Shown: positions 1 through 8,882 of the stretch, piece by piece | Layout: every line of letters starts with the position of its first letter | Numbering within the stretch: the first letter of the stretch is position 1 | Source: Ignavibacteriota bacterium | GTDB taxonomy: Bacteria > Bacteroidota > Ignavibacteria > Kapaibacteriales > UBA961 | Length of the DNA stretch: 44,463 bases | Direction: 5' to 3' | Assembly (NCBI GenBank): GCA_016197185.1 | Contig: JACPWH010000018.1 | Span: 1 to 44,463 of the forward strand | Notes under the pieces: generated by a model | Databases searched by the model: none | Told to the model about the DNA's origin: nothing | What the model saw: only the letters and a program-made list of their open reading frames with translations | Program-made: the position numbers and the translations under genes

Positions 1-215
1 GTTTATTGCGTTTGGTTTTGCCCCCGGAAGTGCCAAAAGTGGAAGAAGGGTATCCAGGAGATACAAAACCGCAAACTGTCGAATACGCTTTATCGGATAA
101 AAATGTTAAGTTTATTATCGGTGTAGCGAAACCAATCGGTCCTGTGACAATATTCCTTGATTACAATATCAGTAAGTTTAATATATTTACTGCAGGTGCT
201 GATGTAACCTTCTAA
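1..215 (+). CDS. 3' end of a probable outer-membrane beta-barrel protein (5' truncated by window edge)
   Basis: Frame open from the window start; C-terminus IFLDYNISKFNIFTAGADVTF has alternating hydrophobic residues and a terminal Phe. Confidence 0.55.
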   Translation, partial: LLRLVLPPEVPKVEEGYPGDTKPQTVEYALSDKNVKFIIGVAKPIGPVTIFLDYNISKFNIFTAGADVTF

Positions 216-217
216 TG

Positions 218-694
218 TTATAGAACGTTAAGGTGATTAATGGTTTGTATTGAAGAATCTCTTTCAACTCGGCGGAGATAGACAGGAAAAGTGAAAACTG
301 AATCGCGAGCATTACTCCAAATAGTATAGTCAATTCTCTGGATTGAATCTGTAAGTTTTTGAGTGTTAAAGGAAAGACGTACTTTTCCTAAACCAAATGG
401 AGGAATAGAGAAATTTATCACGGCTGCATTTGCACAGTAACAAGATGCCTTAGTCTTTTTAATTTCAAGAGTCTGCCCTCCCCTGTTTAGCAGTGTAATA
501 TCTTTTGTTATAAACTCATTAGGATAAAAATCCAATTGAATTATCTGTGGTTTTATCTCAATTTCTGCAGGATAAATAGTGTCGTTTAGAATTAGGTCAG
601 TGTATTTTTCATTTGCACTTTCACCGGCAGGTACAAATTGAATCGAAGCAAATGCAGCGATTAATATACTAACACAAATATGTTTAAATTTCAT
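218..694 (-). CDS. Secreted DUF1573-like Ig-fold protein
   Basis: Signal peptide; N-x-G..L-x-I..KASCYC..IPP.G.G.V...F pattern typical of DUF1573. Confidence 0.75.
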   Translation of the reverse strand: MKFKHICVSILIAAFASIQFVPAGESANEKYTDLILNDTIYPAEIEIKPQIIQLDFYPNEFITKDITLLNRGGQTLEIKKTKASCYCANAAVINFSIPPFGLGKVRLSFNTQKLTDSIQRIDYTIWSNARDSVFTFPVYLRRVERDSSIQTINHLNVL

Positions 695-711
695 ATAATT
701 ACTTACTGATA

Positions 712-1464
712 TTACTTTTCAAGTATTTCCGTAAAAACGGAAGTAAAATCATATACCCCTTTTTTCTTCCAAATCCACCCGGCAGCCTCTAAAGCACCAA
801 GAGCAAACCCACCTCTGTTTTTTGCACGATGAGTCAATTCAATTGTATCAGCTTGAGAATCTACATATACAGTGTGTGTTCCTGTAATTTCTCCGCCGCG
901 AACTGAACTGATATGCAATTCATTTTCATTAATTTTACTGTGAAGCGTCTCAGAAACTATTATCTGCTTTCTTTCAATTTCTTCCAGAATTATATCAGCA
1001 AGAGATAATGCAGTTCCACTTGGACTGTCAATCTTCCGCTTGTGATGAATCTCATGAAGGAATATATCATACTCATCAACTGTATTGATTAACATTGATG
1101 CCTGACGAACAACCCTAAAGAACATTTGCATCCCAATTGAATAATTTGATCCATAAATTGCACCAACACTATTATTTTCAATATGCTGTACTACTTCTTG
1201 AAATTGATCGTTCCAACCTGTTGTTCCGATAACAATATCTTTTTGGAGCTTTGAAACGAGGCGAACATTTTCAATGATTGATGCAGGAGTCGAAAAATCT
1301 ATAGCAACATCGAAATTATCGGGAGATGATAATGATAGTGGATTATCAATATCAAAAATATTTGAAATAGTAATTCCTTTCTTATGGGCAATTCTTTCAA
1401 TCTCCTTGCCCATAGAACCGTAACCTATCAATGCTATTCGCGGAAAATCATTTCCTGTTATCAT
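712..1464 (-). CDS. dapB: 4-hydroxy-tetrahydrodipicolinate reductase
   Basis: GYGSMG nucleotide-binding motif, IDFS, VIGTTG, EIHHKRKIDSPSGTA, GFALGA. Confidence 0.97.
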   Translation of the reverse strand: MITGNDFPRIALIGYGSMGKEIERIAHKKGITISNIFDIDNPLSLSSPDNFDVAIDFSTPASIIENVRLVSKLQKDIVIGTTGWNDQFQEVVQHIENNSVGAIYGSNYSIGMQMFFRVVRQASMLINTVDEYDIFLHEIHHKRKIDSPSGTALSLADIILEEIERKQIIVSETLHSKINENELHISSVRGGEITGTHTVYVDSQADTIELTHRAKNRGGFALGALEAAGWIWKKKGVYDFTSVFTEILEK

Positions 1465-1476
1465 TCTAAGACTACC

Positions 1477-2163
1477 TTATGAAATTGTTTTCGTAATCGG
1501 TGGAATAACTTTCGTAATTTTGCCTTCGGACATTTCTAATCGTGTTGCTTTAGGAAAACAGGCTATTAGCTCAGAGCTATGAGTTGATATAACCACAGTA
1601 ACTCCTTTATTTATTTGATTTTGCAGTACTGTGGCAACTTCCAGTGTCGAATCTGCATCCAAATTTCCTGTAGGCTCATCTGCAATCAAGAACTCCGGTT
1701 TGTGGATAATCGCTCTTGACAAGGCAACTAAATGTTTCTCCCCACCTGAAAGCTGATGCGGGTATTTGTCTCTCAAATGACTTATTCCTGTATCTAAAAG
1801 GATTTCTAAACACTTATGATCAATTTCATTTTTGGGAAATTCATTAATAATTAGGGGGTAAAGAACATTTTCGTAAACCGTTGAATGCGGTAACAATTTA
1901 CAATCTTGAAAAACAATTCCTGTTTTTTGTAAGAATGAGCGTTTTTGATGAGGCTTCATAATAGCTGTATTTTGTCCGTTAAGGAAGACCGAACCGGTAT
2001 GAGGAAAAATATCAGCGAATAGCAGTCTGAGAAGTGTAGTTTTCCCAGCACCTGTCGGACCCACCAATAAGGTAGTTTGTCCGTCAGGAAGTACTGCGGT
2101 TATGTTCGAAAGTGCGGGAATAACGTCGAATTGGACAGAAACACCGCGAAAATCTATATGCAT
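1477..2163 (-). CDS. ftsE: FtsE-like ABC ATP-binding protein
   Basis: GPTGAGKTT, GIVFQDCKLL, LSGGE, IADEPTGNLD; ATG at 2163 chosen to avoid overlap with anmK; no ftsX adjacent. Confidence 0.75.
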   Translation of the reverse strand: MHIDFRGVSVQFDVIPALSNITAVLPDGQTTLLVGPTGAGKTTLLRLLFADIFPHTGSVFLNGQNTAIMKPHQKRSFLQKTGIVFQDCKLLPHSTVYENVLYPLIINEFPKNEIDHKCLEILLDTGISHLRDKYPHQLSGGEKHLVALSRAIIHKPEFLIADEPTGNLDADSTLEVATVLQNQINKGVTVVISTHSSELIACFPKATRLEMSEGKITKVIPPITKTIS

Positions 2164-2184
2164 ACTATTAAATGATTTAATACA

Positions 2185-3360
2185 ATGAAATATCAACAAA
2201 CAGAATGGTTTTCTATACCAAGAATTATGTGTGGTTTAATGTCGGGAACCTCACTCGACGGCATTGATGCAGCAATCGTTGAATTTGCAGATCGCGACGG
2301 AAAACACAGCTTTATTCTAAAATCTCAGCTTACCGTTCCCTATTCAAATGAAATTCGTGACGAAATAACTCGGCTTATCGAAAAGAAAAGTACAATTGCT
2401 GAGGTAAGTTGGCTTCATACTGCCCTTTCTGAATTACATGCTTCAGCAACGCAAAAAGCGTGCGAGATTGCAGGAATTTCAACCGATTCATTAGACGGAA
2501 TAGGATTTCACGGTCAAACTGTGTGGCATGCTCCACGTGCTAAGAAAAAATTCGGTCTTAACTTCGGTTCTACGCTCCAACTTGGCTCCCCCTCCGTTCT
2601 TGCAAATGTTCTCGATGCTCCTGTTGTTGGAGACTTCCGCTCGGCAGACGTTGCAGTAGGAGGTCAAGGTGCGCCGTTAGTTCCTATTTTTGACTCAACC
2701 TTTTTACGGGAAGAGCACCATAACGTTATTGCATTAAACATCGGAGGTATTGCAAATATAACACTATTGCCTCCTATAGGAAGCAAAGATGAAATTCGTG
2801 CCTTTGATACTGGACCTGGAAATGTACTTATTGATGCTGCAGCACGTATGTTTTTTGGTAAGCAGTTCGATTCAAAAGGATCAATAGCAGAAGCCGGACG
2901 GACAATCAAAGCTATGCTTGAGCAATTAAAACAACATACCTTTATTACGAAAACCCCTCCAAAATCCACCGGACGAGAAGAATTTAACTCAACTTGGTTA
3001 GAAAAGCGTATTCGAACAACATTCCAACCGTCTATCCCCACCGAAGATATACTAAGGACGATTACTGAATTTACAGCATGGTCAATTGCCGAAAATATCC
3101 GTTTATTTGCCAGCCCAACTTCCAAAATAATTGCATCAGGAGGAGGAATTCACAATAGAACATTGATGTCCTTGCTTCAAAATGAATTACCTATTGCACA
3201 AATAACCACTGCTGATGCAATCGGCATCCCATCGGATGCTAAGGAAGCTGTTTGCTTCGCATATCTTGCTTACCGAACACTCGGAGGATTAACAGGGAAT
3301 ATACCATCCGTTACAGGGGCAAAACGACCTGTAAAACTTGGTGTTGTTGCATTTCCATAA
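2185..3360 (+). CDS. anmK: Anhydro-N-acetylmuramic acid kinase
   Basis: GLMSGTSLDGID, GFHGQT, GGQGAPLVP, NIGGIAN, FDTGPGN, KSTGRE, KEAVCFA. Confidence 0.97.
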   Translation: MKYQQTEWFSIPRIMCGLMSGTSLDGIDAAIVEFADRDGKHSFILKSQLTVPYSNEIRDEITRLIEKKSTIAEVSWLHTALSELHASATQKACEIAGISTDSLDGIGFHGQTVWHAPRAKKKFGLNFGSTLQLGSPSVLANVLDAPVVGDFRSADVAVGGQGAPLVPIFDSTFLREEHHNVIALNIGGIANITLLPPIGSKDEIRAFDTGPGNVLIDAAARMFFGKQFDSKGSIAEAGRTIKAMLEQLKQHTFITKTPPKSTGREEFNSTWLEKRIRTTFQPSIPTEDILRTITEFTAWSIAENIRLFASPTSKIIASGGGIHNRTLMSLLQNELPIAQITTADAIGIPSDAKEAVCFAYLAYRTLGGLTGNIPSVTGAKRPVKLGVVAFP

Positions 3361-3402
3361 AATAACTGTCTGATTACAAAGAAGATAGAATATCTGTTAA
3401 AG

Positions 3403-3663
3403 TTATCCACAATATTGTCCACAAATTAACATTTTTACGTGGAAAGGGTTTAATTTACCGTGAACACAAAATGCAGAACGTGAATAAAAATATTTCTTTC
3501 CACACAATGGTTGAAAACTTAAAACTTATTAACAATTCTTTCCACAGTATCAACAAGATAAATATTTATCTTAACATACTATAATTTTTAGGTTTATTCA
3601 TTCTTTTCCACAATGTTATCCACATTTCCACACTCTGTATTTACTCTTACATTAAGAAAATTT
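3403..3663. other. Probable chromosomal replication origin (oriC), DnaA-box cluster
   Basis: Perfect TTATCCACA at 3403-3411 and 3616-3624; near-matches TTGTCCACA 3415, CTTTCCACA 3496 and 3538, TTATTAACA 3526, TTTTCCACA 3604, ATTTCCACA 3624, reverse-strand copies near 3438 and 3479; AT-rich gap between convergent genes. Confidence 0.85.
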
Positions 3664-4386
3664 TTAAATAATTGAAGATAATGAAGAATGAGAAGAGAGC
3701 ATCACAGGTTTAAAGGGCAAATGTGAATCACAAAAAAGGAGAACCTCTCCATCGTGAATTTCGACGGATATATTTGAATCAACTGCACAATTTCTTGCTC
3801 CTTCACGTACTCCCAGTTCTAAAAGCTCATTTCTAAGATTCCATTGTAAACCGGATGTTGTCAGAATGGCTTTGGGTTGTGGAATAAGGGAAATAGTTTC
3901 TCCTATCTGTGCTGAAAATGAAATCGATTCTCTTAGGGGAATTGCATACCGACCATTTTCATACAAACAAATGGAAAGTATTTGTGAATGACGCATAAGT
4001 ACACTCCAATTATTCAAGGAATGCTCAGTTAATCCTCCGTGAAATCCACAAACTAAAATAGAGCTATATCCTTGTTTCTTGCAGAAAACCAAACACTTCT
4101 CAAAATCATTAGATTCTTGGTCAGGAAAATGGAGAATAGTTGAATCAGGAAAATCAGATGCATCTCCGTGTTGGTGAAAGGAATCAAGGTCGCCAATGAT
4201 GAACGTTGGTGAAACATTCATTTGTTGAAGTTTGTGAGCAGCTCCATCTGCTGCAATTACAGGTGAATTTTTAAAAAAATCAAAAAAATCTTTTAGTAAA
4301 GGTAAATTACCGTCAAGGCATAACAATACATCAAAATTATTATTCGAACTATTATGTAAATCAGTATGTTGATGAAATCTATCCAT
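3664..4386 (-). CDS. thiN: Thiamine pyrophosphokinase
   Basis: IAADGAA, IIGDLDS, DQESNDFEK, ISLIP, GLQWNL motifs. Confidence 0.92.
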   Translation of the reverse strand: MDRFHQHTDLHNSSNNNFDVLLCLDGNLPLLKDFFDFFKNSPVIAADGAAHKLQQMNVSPTFIIGDLDSFHQHGDASDFPDSTILHFPDQESNDFEKCLVFCKKQGYSSILVCGFHGGLTEHSLNNWSVLMRHSQILSICLYENGRYAIPLRESISFSAQIGETISLIPQPKAILTTSGLQWNLRNELLELGVREGARNCAVDSNISVEIHDGEVLLFCDSHLPFKPVMLSSHSSLSSII

Positions 4387-4560
4387 TGTCGTTAATTATA
4401 CATTTTAGACTCTTTACAATCAATAAAACCCGGGTTTCTTCTGTTTGTTTGAAAACTCGAATTTCAAAGGAAGCTAAAGTTTTGTTAAATTTGTAGTTCC
4501 GCAAAAATACAGAATTAAATTGTGAATTGTTTTTTACTCTTATTACTATCATAAACTGAA

Positions 4561-6185
4561 ATGACAAGTGGCTTACAAAAATTCTCCGAACTGCCCTACG
4601 AACGTCCAAATCTCGACACAATAGAAGCAGCATACAAAGACATTACAAAACGTTTTATTGCTGCAACTACGGCAGATGAACAAAATAATGTTATACGAGA
4701 TTGGAATGCTCTCCGTAGCGTGCATTTAGTGATGAAAACTCGCCAACAATAGCTGAATGGAATCAAAATTTCGTAAAAATCATTCTTTCATCACGTTTTT
4801 TAAAAGAAATTGAAAAAGAATGGGGAGCACTTTTTATTTCAAACTTAGAGCAAGGTATCAAAACATTCTCGAATGAAATCAAGCCGATGCTGATTCAACA
4901 ATCTGAACTCACAAAGCAGTATGACGGAATCCTTGCTTCTGCAGAAATTGAGCTTGATGGCGAAACATTCAATCTTTCACGTCTCGAACGTAAACTTCTT
5001 GACCCGAACCGTGATGTACGTAAAAAAGCTCAACAAGCACGTTTTGATTTTCTCGCTTCAAATAAGGAAGAATTAGACCAAATATATGATGATATGGTAA
5101 AGCTTCGCCATAAAATGGCACAGCAACTTGGCTTCAAAAATTTTATAGAATTTCGTTATGTAGAAATGGGACGTAATGAATACACCCCTTCAGATGTTGC
5201 CCGTTTCCGCGATTATGTTCACGAAAAAATTGTTCCTCTGATCGCCAAACAGCGTAAAAAACAAGCTGAACGTTTAGGTGTGAAAGAATTACATTTTCAG
5301 GATGAAATTCTTCAGTTTCCCGAGGGGAACCCTACTGCACAAGGAAATCCTGAGTGGATTGTAGAGCAGGCACGTCAGATGTACAGCGAACTTTCACCGC
5401 AAACGGATGAGTTCTTCAATATGATGATTGACCGTGAATTGATGGACTTGGTTACTCGTCCGAATAAAGCAGTAGGAGGTTATTGTACTAATTTCCCTAC
5501 TTTCGGAATTCCGTTTATTTTCTCGAATTTTAACGGTACAACTCATGATGTAGAAGTGTTGACACACGAGGCAGGGCACGCTTTCCAAGCATATAAAAGC
5601 CGTAATAACAAAGTAGTTGATTACATTTTCCCGACTATGGAAGCATGTGAAATCCACTCAATGGGAATGGAATACCTTACATGGAATTGGATGGATAAGT
5701 TCTTTGGCACACAAACATCGAAATTCAAGTTCTATCATTTACTGCGCTCGTTGATGTTCCTCCCGTACTGTTGTGCAGTGGATGAATTTCAACATTGGGT
5801 ATATGAAAACCCTGAAGTTACTCCTGCAGACAGAAAAGCGAAATGGCATGAATTGGAGTTGAAGTATTTGCCATGGCGCATTTATGAAGATTTACCGTAT
5901 GCAGAAGAAGGCACGGTATGGCAATTCCAAAAACACATTTACGAAATGCCGTTTTACTACATAGATTATGCACTTGCTCAAATATGTGCGTTGCAAATCT
6001 GGAGTAAATCACGTAAGAATATGGATGAGGCACTCAAGGACTATATCAGAATCTGCGAAATCGGGGGAAGCAAAACATTCCTAGAAATCGTAAAAGCCGG
6101 AAATATGCACTCTCCTTTCGAGACAGAATGTTTGGATCAGGTGATTCATGAAGCTGAGAATTGGTTGGAGGAGTGGAAGAATTGA
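4561..6185 (+). pseudogene. pepF: M3B oligoendopeptidase F, interrupted by an out-of-frame internal deletion near 4717-4721
   Basis: N-terminal KFSELPYERP frame stops at 4752; a second frame is open from 4719 (RAFSDENSP...) to 6185 and carries THEAGH (HExxH) and PFYYIDY. Confidence 0.85.
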
Positions 6186-6257
6186 TAAATCAAAATGTTA
6201 AAGACTGATAAATGTACCATCAAATATTGAGTTAATCATTAACAAAAAGAAAACACA

Positions 6258-7130
6258 ATGAACGTAGAATTTAGCGACATTTCATTCGAAAACAGACGTC
6301 GTACACCTCAAGAATTGACCGAAATCGCAACGGAAATCCGCCGCGATATTATGAAAATGCTTGTACTTGCAAAATCAGGTCATAGCGGTGGTCCTCTTGG
6401 TTCGTCAGACATTTTTGCAGCACTCTATATGGGCGGTGTAATGCGCCATCATAAGAATGACCCACATTGGGAAGGGCGCGACAGATTTGTACTAAGTGCA
6501 GGGCACATGTGCCCGGTGCAGTATGCTACGATGGCAAACGCAGGTTTCTTTCCTAAGCAAGAATTATCCACCTTACGGAAATATAATACCCGTTTGCAAG
6601 GTCATCCGGGGCGCGATATGGGGCTGCCGGGGATCGAAACTTCATCAGGTTCACTTGGTCAGGGTATTTCCATCGCAGTGGGAATGGCGATGAGTGATAA
6701 ATTACTCGATAAATCTGACCGCAGAGTGTTTTCACTGACAGGTGACGGAGAATTACAAGAAGGTTCTGTGTGGGAAGCTGCAATGTCGGCTGCGCATTTC
6801 GGACTTGATAATTTCTGCTGGATCATTGATAACAACGATTGTCAAATCGACGGAAGAATCCGCGAGGTGATGAATGTATATCCGATAGATAAAAAATGTG
6901 AAGCGTTCGGTTTTGAAACAATTGTTATTGACGGACATAATTTTGATGAAATTATGGGCGCATTTGATAAATTCATTGAAAACAACAAAAACGGAATTGG
7001 CAAACCAACTGCTATCGTTGCAAAGACATATATGGGACGCGGAGTTTCATTTATGGAAGATAATTTCAAATGGCACGGCAATCCTCCTAATGAACAACAA
7101 GCCGAACAAGCACTTGGGGAATTAGCATAA
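6258..7130 (+). CDS. Transketolase N-terminal (TPP-binding) subunit
   Basis: SGHSGG, RDRFVLSAGH, LQGHP, GSLGQG, GDGELQEGSVWEA, WHG. Confidence 0.96.
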   Translation: MNVEFSDISFENRRRTPQELTEIATEIRRDIMKMLVLAKSGHSGGPLGSSDIFAALYMGGVMRHHKNDPHWEGRDRFVLSAGHMCPVQYATMANAGFFPKQELSTLRKYNTRLQGHPGRDMGLPGIETSSGSLGQGISIAVGMAMSDKLLDKSDRRVFSLTGDGELQEGSVWEAAMSAAHFGLDNFCWIIDNNDCQIDGRIREVMNVYPIDKKCEAFGFETIVIDGHNFDEIMGAFDKFIENNKNGIGKPTAIVAKTYMGRGVSFMEDNFKWHGNPPNEQQAEQALGELA

Positions 7131-7760
7131 GTGAGAACGTTTATACAACATATTCTTATCTCAGCCGGGATTATTATGTGTATAGGGTGCAAAGATCCCC
7201 AGCAGCAAATACCCGTAAAACAAGGAACAACACCCTTGCCTACGCAAGATCAACAGCAAACCAAACCTGCATTAGAAGCCGAGGAAAATGTAAGTAAAGA
7301 TTTTGAGAATCTTAAACTCACTAAAAAAAATCCTTTGCCTGCAAAAGCCCTCGTAGAGTTTTTACCAGAGAAATTAGTAGAGGCCGGTTACCCTGCTTCA
7401 GTAATGAAGTCTGAAAGAGACGGATATATGGTAACATTGGCACGGAGACAATTTTCCATACCGCCAAAAGGTTCTATTATAATTTCAATTACAGACTACG
7501 GAGGAAGTGCAATACTTAATACAAAAGGGTACGAAATGCCGCACACTGAGATTGGTATTAGAATTGAGAAAATCAGACTTCCCGATGGTGTGGGATTTAA
7601 AACATTTAATCCAAATAATAACAGCGGTATAGTTGCTGCATTGGTTGGCGGGAGATTTGGGATTGATATAGAAGCAGTCAATATTCCAGAAAGTTTTGGA
7701 GATATTGGACAACTATTGGAAAAAGTGAATATAGAAGGACTCCTTAAAAAAGCAAAATAA
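7131..7760 (+). CDS. Hypothetical lipoprotein
   Basis: GTG start immediately after the tkt-N stop; lipobox CIGC followed by a Q/P/T-rich linker. Confidence 0.75.
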   Translation: MRTFIQHILISAGIIMCIGCKDPQQQIPVKQGTTPLPTQDQQQTKPALEAEENVSKDFENLKLTKKNPLPAKALVEFLPEKLVEAGYPASVMKSERDGYMVTLARRQFSIPPKGSIIISITDYGGSAILNTKGYEMPHTEIGIRIEKIRLPDGVGFKTFNPNNNSGIVAALVGGRFGIDIEAVNIPESFGDIGQLLEKVNIEGLLKKAK

Positions 7761-7784
7761 AGTATTTAATAATTACTATATACA

Positions 7785-8792
7785 ATGGAAGAATATACAT
7801 TATTGGGTTCAAAACCCACAAGACACGGATTTGGTGAAGCGTTGGTTGTACTTGGCGAGCGAAACGAAAATGTGGTTGTACTCGGAGGTGATATAACAGG
7901 ATCAGTTATGACTTCCCTTTTCAAGGAAAAATTCCCGGAAAGATTCTTTTCAATTGGAATTGCAGAGCAAAATGCTACGACTATAGCTGCCGGACTTGCT
8001 CTTTCAGGCAAAGTGCCGTTCTTTGCAAGTTATGGTGCATTCTGCGCTTTACGTAATGCTGATCAAATTCGTATTTCTTGCTGCTATAACGAGGCGAATG
8101 TGAAAATAGGAGGAGGTCATGCAGGAATCAGTGTAGGACCGGATGGAGCTACACACCAAGTACTCGAGGAAGTTGCCTATCTTAGGACATTGCCGCACAT
8201 GACAATGCTTGTACCCTGCGATTATCTTGAAGCAAAAAAAGCAACGATTGCTATGGGCGAGATGGTTGGTCCGGCTTATATCCGTTTTGGACGCTCTCCT
8301 GTACCGCTTTATACAACAGATGCAACTCCTTTTGAAATAGGAAAAGCACATGTGCTTCGTGAAGGTAATGATGTTGCTTTGATTGCATGTGGTGCTCTCG
8401 TGTGGGAGTGTTTGCTTGCAGCTCAAGAATTAGCTAAAAAAGGAATTCAGGCTCGCGTAATCAACAATCCGTCTATCAAACCGTTCGATGTAGAAACTAC
8501 AGTAACAGCAGCTCGCGAATGCGGTGCAATTGTTACTGCTGAAGAACATCAGGTTCATGGCGGTTTGGGGGGAGCAGTTGCAGAAGTAATTGCAAAGAAC
8601 GCTCCGGTTCCGATTGAGTTTGTGGGTGTAAAGGATAGTTTTGGCGGTAGCGGTGACCCTGACGAATTGATGATAAAATTCGGCTTGACATGGAAAGAAA
8701 TATATGCTTCTGCTTTGAAGGCTATTGAACGTCGGGATAAGGGTTCTGTAGGATTCAGACGTGTGAAGGATGTGGAGCGGTATATCGGGTAA
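7785..8792 (+). CDS. Transketolase C-terminal subunit
   Basis: GIAEQN, GPDGATHQ, GPAYIRFGR, TAEEH..GGLG. Confidence 0.96.
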   Translation: MEEYTLLGSKPTRHGFGEALVVLGERNENVVVLGGDITGSVMTSLFKEKFPERFFSIGIAEQNATTIAAGLALSGKVPFFASYGAFCALRNADQIRISCCYNEANVKIGGGHAGISVGPDGATHQVLEEVAYLRTLPHMTMLVPCDYLEAKKATIAMGEMVGPAYIRFGRSPVPLYTTDATPFEIGKAHVLREGNDVALIACGALVWECLLAAQELAKKGIQARVINNPSIKPFDVETTVTAARECGAIVTAEEHQVHGGLGGAVAEVIAKNAPVPIEFVGVKDSFGGSGDPDELMIKFGLTWKEIYASALKAIERRDKGSVGFRRVKDVERYIG

Positions 8793-8818
8793 TTTCATCT
8801 GATACGTTTGGAAATAAG

Positions 8819-8851
8819 AAGGATTGCGGCAAGACGCGCAGTCCTTTTTTT
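8819..8851 (+). terminator. Intrinsic terminator after the transketolase operon
   Basis: GGATTGCG...CGCAGTCC stem followed by a T run. Confidence 0.8.
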
Positions 8852-8882
8852 ATGATAAACAGGGAATGAATAAAAAGAAATA

